DNA of 64,000 nt from Nitrospinota bacterium. GTDB taxonomy: Bacteria; UBA8248. Location of the stretch: positions 1-64,000 of the forward strand of contig JAZAHK010000003.1 of assembly GCA_036231405.1 (NCBI GenBank), in the 5' to 3' direction. Shown here piece after piece: positions 51,286-58,679 of the stretch (position 1 is its first letter; the number at the start of each line of letters is the position of its first letter). Under the pieces are notes generated by a model. That model did not search any database and had not been told where the DNA came from. It worked only from the letters and a program-made list of their open reading frames with translations. The translations under genes and the position numbers were made by a program.

Positions 51286-52546
51286 CTAGAAAACTCCTTG
51301 GATCAGAAACTTTTCCCTCGATAGCGCTTGCTGCAACGGTGGCGGCGGAAGCGAGATAAATTGAAGCATCTTCACTACCCATTCTTCCTTTATAATTTCT
51401 ATTAGCAGAAGATATACAAACTTCTCCTGGACCTAGTTGACCAGGACCTTTACCGGAACAAATTCCACAAGTTGTAGGCATAAGCACTCCACCAGCCTCC
51501 ATAAGTACAGAAAGAGTCCCGTCGTCCATAGCATTTTTTAGAATATTTTTACTCGCAGGCGCAATAAGTAATTGTAAACCCTTTGCAATTTGATGACCTT
51601 TTAAAACTTTTGCTGCAGCTCTCAAATCTTCTAATTTCGCACCTGTACAGGAACCTAGATGAGCCCTTTGCAAAGGACCTGAGTCTACATTCTCTACGGA
51701 TGTTACATTGTCCATTCTGTGAGGACACGCTACTTGAGGTGAAAGATCATTAACATTGTACTCATAGGAAGAGTGGTATTGTGCGTCATCGTCAGAATTC
51801 AAAATTTCCAAATCCCCTTCAATACCCACCTTTCTTAAGTATTCCTCTGTCTTTTGATCCACTTCCATTATCGCACTTTTCGCACTAAACTCTGCTGCCA
51901 TATTAGTAAGAGTCATCCTGTCCTCGACAGACATTGAACTAAGAGTTTCTCCTTCAAACTGTATAACTTTATAATCCGCTCCATCTACCCCCAAATCCTT
52001 GAGAGCTAGAAGAGAAAGATCTTTCCCCCAAGTTCCATGAGGAAGCTTTCCTTTAAATGAAATCCGTATTGTCTCAGGAACTCGCAGCCAAACTTCTCCA
52101 GTAGTAAGTACACCAACACTCTCAGTCGGACCAATTGCTACCCCTAAAGCTCCTAAAGCACCTGCATTGGTGGTATGACTATCAGTCCCAGTTACCAAAA
52201 AACCTGGTTGAACGAATCCTTTTTCAGCAAGAAGAATATGACAAATTCCTTCCGCGTCGTAAAAATGTTCAACCTTTTGTTCTTTTGCCCAAGAACGCGT
52301 CACATTTAAAACATGGGTCTGAGAATCTTGTATTGGAGGATTGTGATGATCTGCCGTAAGAAGAAAACGACTTTTGTCCCAAATTGGCAGACCCAATTTT
52401 TTGAAATCATCCCCCATACGGAAAGGGCCTTGATTATCATGCATCAAGTGCGCATCAACTTTTCCCCATATAATTTCTCCTACCTCAACTTGATCTTTCC
52501 CGCTAACCCTAGCGAGAATCTTCTGCGCAATTGTTTGATTTGACAA
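51278..52546 (-). CDS. leuC: Isopropylmalate dehydratase/homoaconitase family, large subunit
   Basis: DHH, DSHT, GSCTG, CGIC and NRNYKGRMG motifs. Confidence 0.8.
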   Translation of the reverse strand: MSNQTIAQKILARVSGKDQVEVGEIIWGKVDAHLMHDNQGPFRMGDDFKKLGLPIWDKSRFLLTADHHNPPIQDSQTHVLNVTRSWAKEQKVEHFYDAEGICHILLAEKGFVQPGFLVTGTDSHTTNAGALGALGVAIGPTESVGVLTTGEVWLRVPETIRISFKGKLPHGTWGKDLSLLALKDLGVDGADYKVIQFEGETLSSMSVEDRMTLTNMAAEFSAKSAIMEVDQKTEEYLRKVGIEGDLEILNSDDDAQYHSSYEYNVNDLSPQVACPHRMDNVTSVENVDSGPLQRAHLGSCTGAKLEDLRAAAKVLKGHQIAKGLQLLIAPASKNILKNAMDDGTLSVLMEAGGVLMPTTCGICSGKGPGQLGPGEVCISSANRNYKGRMGSEDASIYLASAATVAASAIEGKVSDPRSFLDE

Positions 52547-52663
52547 TACTTTTCCCTTTAATATAAAAATGAAGCCAAACTTTATGTTTGGGACACTCGA
52601 CTAAGCATAGAATTAAAACTGAGTTTTCATTTACTTACTCTCATAGTTCGATAAAGATTACAA

Positions 52664-53275
52664 GTGGATAAAATGGAAGAAAAAGAAAAGAAAATGGAGA
52701 GAAAAGATTTTTTTCGAGAAGGTCCTCTTTCTCTTCTACGCGCTTTTTTTCAAGGTTCTCAAGAAGATGAAACTATTATACAAAGAAGTGCTATAGACGG
52801 ACCGGTACTTAGACCCCCTGGTGCAAAGACTGGAGACACTTTTTTAGAACTTTGTAAGGGAAGTGGTATTTGTGCAGAAGTTTGTCCTGCAAACGCAATT
52901 CTCATACTTCCTGAGGAAAGTGATTCTTCTCGATTTACTCCGAGAATCATTCCTTCTGATTCAGCATGTGTTATATGTGACGATTTGTTGTGCATGAAGT
53001 CTTGTCCAACTGGAGCATTGACAATTATCGATATAAAGGAAATTTCAATAGGAATAGCAAAAGTTGAAAAAGAAGACTGCATATCTTGGGTTGGAGATGA
53101 TGAAACTTGCAAATCTTGCGTAACGAACTGTCCAATTGGAGAAGATGCAATTCAAATCAAGTCTGAATCTGGAAATATAGGACCCATGATAGGACAGGGT
53201 TGTGTCGGATGTGGATTATGTGAGCAGCACTGCCCTGTATATCCAAAAGCAGTCCAAGTCTTTCCCCATGCATAA
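52664..53275 (+). CDS. NapF/MauM-like multi-[4Fe-4S] ferredoxin
   Basis: LRPPGA and four Cys clusters (the first reads CKGSGICAEVCP, with a Cys-to-Ser change). Confidence 0.82.
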   Translation: MDKMEEKEKKMERKDFFREGPLSLLRAFFQGSQEDETIIQRSAIDGPVLRPPGAKTGDTFLELCKGSGICAEVCPANAILILPEESDSSRFTPRIIPSDSACVICDDLLCMKSCPTGALTIIDIKEISIGIAKVEKEDCISWVGDDETCKSCVTNCPIGEDAIQIKSESGNIGPMIGQGCVGCGLCEQHCPVYPKAVQVFPHA

Positions 53276-53666
53276 AAAAACTATTTCTTCGCTCCATACT
53301 TTTTTTAAAACTTCAAAAAATATTCTTGTTTGGGATGGAAATTGTAAATTCTGTCAAAAATGCATTAACTGGCTTATCTCAAAGGGAGGGAAGAAAAAAA
53401 TATTTTTCATTCCTTTCCAGGAAATTCCTCATCCACCTATGAGCGATGAGTTTAAAAAAGAATGCATGCAGTCTATTCAATTTTTAAAACCAACTCATGA
53501 AATTTTTGCTGGTGGTGATGCGATCTCAGAAATTTTATTCGCAATTGGGTACATGAATATTGCAACTATGATGAGAAAACCTAAACTTAGAAAATTAAGC
53601 AACTATCTTTACGATTTTATAGCTAAACACAGAAGTTTACTTAGTAGTTTTATAAGAAACAAATAA
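53268..53666 (+). CDS. DCC1-like thiol-disulfide oxidoreductase (DUF393)
   Basis: WDGNCKFC and YDFIAKHR motifs; ATG 53268 overlaps the ferredoxin end. Confidence 0.82.
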   Translation: MHKKTISSLHTFFKTSKNILVWDGNCKFCQKCINWLISKGGKKKIFFIPFQEIPHPPMSDEFKKECMQSIQFLKPTHEIFAGGDAISEILFAIGYMNIATMMRKPKLRKLSNYLYDFIAKHRSLLSSFIRNK

Positions 53667-53702
53667 GAATATAGTCGATACAAGTACTTGAAACGATAAA
53701 TC

Positions 53703-54209
53703 CTAGGAAAATTCTTCTTTCAGAATATCGTGTATAAAACGTTGCACAGCAACTGGGTAAAATCTCACATCTGGAGTTTTGACGACAGCAGTATCCGTAA
53801 TTTCACAACGTGTCATTTCTTCTATAACTTTTTCTATGAGTGTGTCCGGACCCCATTCATGACGCTTAATTTTTAAGTGTTCACTTGTTACATCATAATT
53901 ACCTGAAACAAATTTAGGAAAAGCAAAGACACGACCAACTAGATTCGCATCCATGAGTTCTTCGTCCTCGAATATTTCTCCGAAAGTTTTTTGCATATTA
54001 GAGGGAGTCCAAACAAGTTTAGGTGAGACCATTAAACGTCCTTCTATTTCAACAGAACCTTCTTTTTCATCCAGTTCTGGACCTAAAACTCTATATCCCA
54101 GTTCATGGTATCCCGAAACAATTCCAACGAAAGGACGCCGGAGAATCTCAATCTCTTTGCTAATTTTCTGATGTTCATCGCGCTGAAATTCATCATCAAA
54201 CATTTTCAA
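53703..54209 (-). CDS. Hypothetical protein
   Basis: 168-aa ORF with protein-like composition, co-directional with the hem genes; no recognisable motif. Confidence 0.7.
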   Translation of the reverse strand: MKMFDDEFQRDEHQKISKEIEILRRPFVGIVSGYHELGYRVLGPELDEKEGSVEIEGRLMVSPKLVWTPSNMQKTFGEIFEDEELMDANLVGRVFAFPKFVSGNYDVTSEHLKIKRHEWGPDTLIEKVIEEMTRCEITDTAVVKTPDVRFYPVAVQRFIHDILKEEFS

Positions 54210-54296
54210 TGCCTATTTATAATTATAAAATCAAATAAAACTCATATCAGAAAAAATTGCTCAAGGTCAAATCTTCAAAATAACATTATATAATAA

Positions 54297-55742
54297 TTAT
54301 ATTGAATAGGAATCTAAAAAATTACAAATCTTTTCGGTGGCAAGATCCGCACTGGCAACACAGTCGGCGATACCCACTCCTCTATACCCTTTTCCAGCAA
54401 AAAAAAGACCCGGAAATTCACTTAGAGTTTCTTCTAAACTTTCCAAACGTTCCAGATGACCAACCTTATATTTTGGGGTAGATTTATCATAGAAACTTAT
54501 ATCTATGCTCTGGGGTTCCCCTTCAATTTTTAAAATCATTCTCAATTCTTTGAGAACACTCTCAATAACGGAAACACTATTTTCTTTCAAGAACTTATTT
54601 GACTGCTTCTCTCTAACAAAAACTCTCAGAAGGGCATGCCCTTCAAGGGCTCTATTAGGAAACTTTATGCTAGAAAAGGAACATGCAAGAATTTGGCGAC
54701 CTTCTATATCTGGGACAACAAAACCCATTCCGTTTAAAGGATGCAAGATTTCTTCTCTATTAAAAACAAAATTGATCGTTGCTAAGGAACTAAAATCAAG
54801 TTCACTGAAGAAATTGGAAAATTTAGGAGAAATAGTCTGTATTAACTTTGATATCTTTGGATTAATGGCTGCAAAGCAAATTGAATCCACTTGAAAAACC
54901 TCATTACCATTAATCCCTATATCCCAGCCAACTGTCGTTCTTTCAACAGAAGTAAGTTCATTCTTCAGACGTAAATCTACAAACTGCAAATTATCTTTGA
55001 GAGAATCAGTGAGAACTGCCATCCCCTTATCAAAACTCACAAAAAGACCATATCTCGCTCCGCTTATATTAGAGGATCCACCTGAATTATTATCCTTACT
55101 CAACATCGTTTTTCTCAAACCTAAGATTACACTCCTATACTTTTGTTCTAACTCTACGAATTGAGGCATTGTTGCTTTAAGGCTGAGTTCCTTTGGATCC
55201 GCGGAAAAAATACCTCCTATCATAGGTTGCGCTATTTTTTGTAACGCTTCATGCCCAAAGCGTCGAACTACAAAATCGTACAATGACTCGTCTTTATGAG
55301 TACTTTTTCTTGGAAGAACTAGATCGCACATCATCCTAATTTTCCCAAAAACACTTACTAAAGGACTTGCAAGAAAAGGAAGAATCCCAATAGGAGACAT
55401 TAGATAGAAACCTTTTGGAATCGGAGTAAGTTTGTCGCTCTGTAAAACAAAACTTCTTCTATGATTTGAACTTGTTCCAATGATACGATCTTGAATTTGT
55501 AAATCCTCACAAAGGGAGAGAACATTCGATTTAGAATTAAAAAAAGAATCTGGACCTTTCTCTAATATAAAACCATCCCTGTTTTCTGTCTCGATAGTGC
55601 CACCAAGTCGATCAGTAGATTCAATAAGGATTATGTCAGCAGATTTTTTAATACGTCTGAATTTTTCCTGCAATCTATAGGCTAGGGTTAATCCGGTAAC
55701 ACCACCGCCAACAATGAGCACTCTTTTCCTATCTGAATTCAA
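54297..55742 (-). CDS. hemY: Protoporphyrinogen/coproporphyrinogen oxidase (HemY/CgoX type)
   Basis: GGGVTGL, EKGPDSF and GYRGVGIADCV motifs. Confidence 0.92.
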   Translation of the reverse strand: MNSDRKRVLIVGGGVTGLTLAYRLQEKFRRIKKSADIILIESTDRLGGTIETENRDGFILEKGPDSFFNSKSNVLSLCEDLQIQDRIIGTSSNHRRSFVLQSDKLTPIPKGFYLMSPIGILPFLASPLVSVFGKIRMMCDLVLPRKSTHKDESLYDFVVRRFGHEALQKIAQPMIGGIFSADPKELSLKATMPQFVELEQKYRSVILGLRKTMLSKDNNSGGSSNISGARYGLFVSFDKGMAVLTDSLKDNLQFVDLRLKNELTSVERTTVGWDIGINGNEVFQVDSICFAAINPKISKLIQTISPKFSNFFSELDFSSLATINFVFNREEILHPLNGMGFVVPDIEGRQILACSFSSIKFPNRALEGHALLRVFVREKQSNKFLKENSVSVIESVLKELRMILKIEGEPQSIDISFYDKSTPKYKVGHLERLESLEETLSEFPGLFFAGKGYRGVGIADCVASADLATEKICNFLDSYSI

Positions 55743-55744
55743 AT

Positions 55745-56725
55745 CTATCTCCCTGAAATAAAACCTGAAACAGTGCCTGCAAGCATATGAATGAAACGAG
55801 GATGGGTGCCTACGGTAGGAACACGAAAATATTTAAGTCCGAGAGATTCAGCATACGCTTTAGATTCAAAATCTAAATCATACAAAACCTCCACATGATC
55901 ACAGATAAATCCAACCGGAACAACAACGATATTTTTGATATCAGTTCGTGCATTTCCTTCTATCAAATCTAGAATATCGGGTTCTAACCAAGTGCCAGGT
56001 GGGACATTGGGGCTCGACTGAAAAGCTACTCCATAAGTTTCAATTTTCAAAACTTTCGCTATTTCACTCGCAGTTTTTTTAACATCTTCTTCGTACGTTG
56101 AATCTTTCGCCATAGAAACAGGTATTGAATGTGCAGTAAAAATCAATTTAGAACATTCCTGATTTTCTTTCATAGAAAAATCAAACGTCTCCTTAGTCAA
56201 TTCAGACAATGCGCCTATATATCCAGGATTAGCGAACCAGTCCATAGGCATAAAATCTATTTCTACATTTTTCACCCCTAGTTCTTCCTTCGCCTTCTTC
56301 ACTTCATTTAAGTAAGCATCCCAACTTATCTTCGTCTTGTGGGGTGCTAAAACTATACCTACAGAACGCTGATAACCGTTCTGTGCCATTTCCAAAAGTG
56401 TATCCTTAACAAATGGATTCCAAAACCTATACCCTGTAAAAACGGGTAATTCACACCCTTTTTCACGAAGAGATAATTCCAAGGCTCCTGCTTGTTTTTG
56501 GGAGTAAAAAACAAAAGGCGAAACTCCGTTAAAATGCTTGTAATGCTCCGAGACCTCCTCTATCCTATCTCTGTCTCCTGATCGATTCCCGACAATATTC
56601 TCCACATAACAGAAAGCTTCGCCAGGACATTCTTCATACCTAAGACAACATCCCTTCGTAGGCCCCCCGAAACCGATCAAGAAAACAGAATCATATTTTT
56701 GAGTCATTAATTTCTCACTCTCCAT
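55745..56725 (-). CDS. hemH: Ferrochelatase (probably coproporphyrin ferrochelatase)
   Basis: GFGGP, FTAHSIP, WLEPD and GFICDHVEVLYDLD motifs. Confidence 0.92.
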   Translation of the reverse strand: MESEKLMTQKYDSVFLIGFGGPTKGCCLRYEECPGEAFCYVENIVGNRSGDRDRIEEVSEHYKHFNGVSPFVFYSQKQAGALELSLREKGCELPVFTGYRFWNPFVKDTLLEMAQNGYQRSVGIVLAPHKTKISWDAYLNEVKKAKEELGVKNVEIDFMPMDWFANPGYIGALSELTKETFDFSMKENQECSKLIFTAHSIPVSMAKDSTYEEDVKKTASEIAKVLKIETYGVAFQSSPNVPPGTWLEPDILDLIEGNARTDIKNIVVVPVGFICDHVEVLYDLDFESKAYAESLGLKYFRVPTVGTHPRFIHMLAGTVSGFISGR

Positions 56726-57777
56726 TCATGAACAAAATCTACCAGAAATTTGACATTATCTTCGGGGGTTTCTGGAAGAACTCCATGTCCAAGGTTAAAA
56801 ATGTGACCTGGATGCATATTCACTGCCTGTAAAATTTCACCAGCTTTCTTAGCTATCAATTTTCTATCAGATAATAAAACACACGGATCTAGATTTCCTT
56901 GAACCGAAACCTTGCCAAGTCTATTCCATGCGTCCATTAAATCCACCCTAAAATCAAGTCCAATAACATCTCCTCCTGCCTCCTTCATGTCTTCTAGGAA
57001 AACAGAGGTACCTGTGCCGAAATGAATAATCGGGACTCTTCCTCCAATGGAATTCAAAAGAGACTTCATATGAGGCATGACATACTCACGATAATCTGAC
57101 CTTGACAAACAACCAACCCAACTATCAAAAATCTGCAAGGCTTGCGCACCTGCATCAATTTGACTCGAAAGATATCCACTTAATGGTTTTACAAAATTTT
57201 CCATAAGTCTATCCCAAGCATTTTTCTCTTTATACATAAAACGTTTCGTCTTTAGAAAATTCTTTGACCCACCGCCTTCTATCAAATAAGAAGCAAGAGT
57301 AAAGGGAGCACCCGAAAAGCCAATCAAGGGTATAGTTTTATCAAGTTCAGAACGAACTTTCTTTATAGCATCAAAAACATAAAACAACTCAGACATGACA
57401 TTAAAATCTAACAAAGAATCGACGTCCTTAGGTTCTTGAATCGGATTGTGTATCCGAGGACCAAGGCCTTCATCATACTCAATCTGAAATCCCATTGGCT
57501 GTAAAATTAATAGGATATCGGAGAAAATTATTGCAGCATCCACTCCAATTTTTCTTGCTGCCGTAACGGTAACCTCACAGGCAAGATCAGAGTTTTTACA
57601 CAAATCAATAAAAGGGACTTTCGCCCTTAGATCACGATACTCCTTCATATATCTACCAGCCTGACGCATTAACCAAATCGGTGTAAAATCTGTTTTTAAT
57701 CCTTTGCAGGCAGTAAGAAAGCATGACTCTTTCAAAATATCTGAATCTTCCTTTTTAATATCAACTTTTTCTTCCAT
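56707..57777 (-). CDS. hemE: Uroporphyrinogen decarboxylase
   Basis: PIWLMRQAGRY, FSDIL, QGNLDP and NLGHG motifs. Confidence 0.97.
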   Translation of the reverse strand: MEEKVDIKKEDSDILKESCFLTACKGLKTDFTPIWLMRQAGRYMKEYRDLRAKVPFIDLCKNSDLACEVTVTAARKIGVDAAIIFSDILLILQPMGFQIEYDEGLGPRIHNPIQEPKDVDSLLDFNVMSELFYVFDAIKKVRSELDKTIPLIGFSGAPFTLASYLIEGGGSKNFLKTKRFMYKEKNAWDRLMENFVKPLSGYLSSQIDAGAQALQIFDSWVGCLSRSDYREYVMPHMKSLLNSIGGRVPIIHFGTGTSVFLEDMKEAGGDVIGLDFRVDLMDAWNRLGKVSVQGNLDPCVLLSDRKLIAKKAGEILQAVNMHPGHIFNLGHGVLPETPEDNVKFLVDFVHEWRVRN

Positions 57778-57934
57778 GGCGATTCATTAACCTTTTACAA
57801 AAGATTTTTAAAAATTTTCTACCATAGGAAACGAAGAATAACATAGACTTTAAATTTTACGTAAATTGATTTATAAGTGTGCTGGACATTTCATAGAACC
57901 TTAATGTAATAGTTGTCTTTAAATTAATTTCCTA

Positions 57935-58008
57935 GGCGCCATGGCCAAGTGGTAAGGCAGGGGACTGCAAATCCCCGATCCCCAGTTCAAATCTGGGTGG
58001 CGCCTCCA
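57935..58008 (+). tRNA. tRNA-Cys (GCA)
   Basis: GGCGCCA...GGGGA-CTGCAAA-TCCCC...CCCAGTTCAAATCTGGG-TGGCGCC-TCCA; 74 nt. Confidence 0.97.
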
Positions 58009-58083
58009 AAGGAAACCCTTCTAAAATCAACACTTTACACGATTTTTTGCTCTCAAAAAAAACGTCAAAAATGACCATTTTAT

Positions 58084-58128
58084 ACTGATGTAGGAGTGAT
58101 GTAGTTTGTATTACAGGATCTGATGTAG
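58084..58128 (+). repeat. TGATGTAG repeat cluster (putative integrase arm-type sites)
   Basis: TGATGTAG at 58086, 58097 and 58121; 58097-58128 matches 61431-61462 (31/32); 58084-58106 matches 61648-61670 (20/23). Confidence 0.8.
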
Positions 58129-58203
58129 TTTTTATTTCATTATTTACACATAAAAAAATACAAATAGTATCAATAGTATGTAATTAGTTTGTAACTTCCA
58201 GGA

Positions 58204-58488
58204 CTATAGATTCTTAATGATATTAAATATTACAAAGTTATAAATAGTAAAAACTATTACAAAAGGAATTGCTATCATCCATTTAAACGGAACTTTTCCG
58301 ACGGGGAGTTCTGAATTTGCTTTTTTACCCAAATATATATTTACTGGAATTTGAATAATTGGAAGGAAGGAAATTATAGCGCATATAACTGCCTTATTAA
58401 GTTTCCCATATCCTGCATAATAAACTGAACCAAATAAAAATGCTATCCAATTGAATTTGATATTAACTTTTTCTTGATTTTCTTCCAT
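58204..58488 (-). CDS. Small membrane protein, DUF2628-like
   Basis: FNWIAFLFG motif, 2-3 TM helices, GGGAG RBS. Confidence 0.7.
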   Translation of the reverse strand: MEENQEKVNIKFNWIAFLFGSVYYAGYGKLNKAVICAIISFLPIIQIPVNIYLGKKANSELPVGKVPFKWMIAIPFVIVFTIYNFVIFNIIKNL

Positions 58489-58679
58489 ATAATTCTCCCG
58501 TTAAAAGTTTATAATAAAGTTGCTCTCGATTACCGTGCGTTATTTTGATTCCCTGCGTTTATTCCCATTGTCAACTGACCCTTTAGTCAACTCACTCCGA
58601 CTCAATAGTATAACTTCTATAAGTTATTGAAAAAGAATTTATGTAGTATGTAACTTCCAAGACTATAGAAAATCAATAC

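Noticed and set aside
58610-58627. loxP-like site (ATAACTTC...AAGTTAT)
   Set aside because: Only 7-bp arms around a 4-nt centre, far short of the 13-8-13 structure; it overlaps an IHF-like sequence instead
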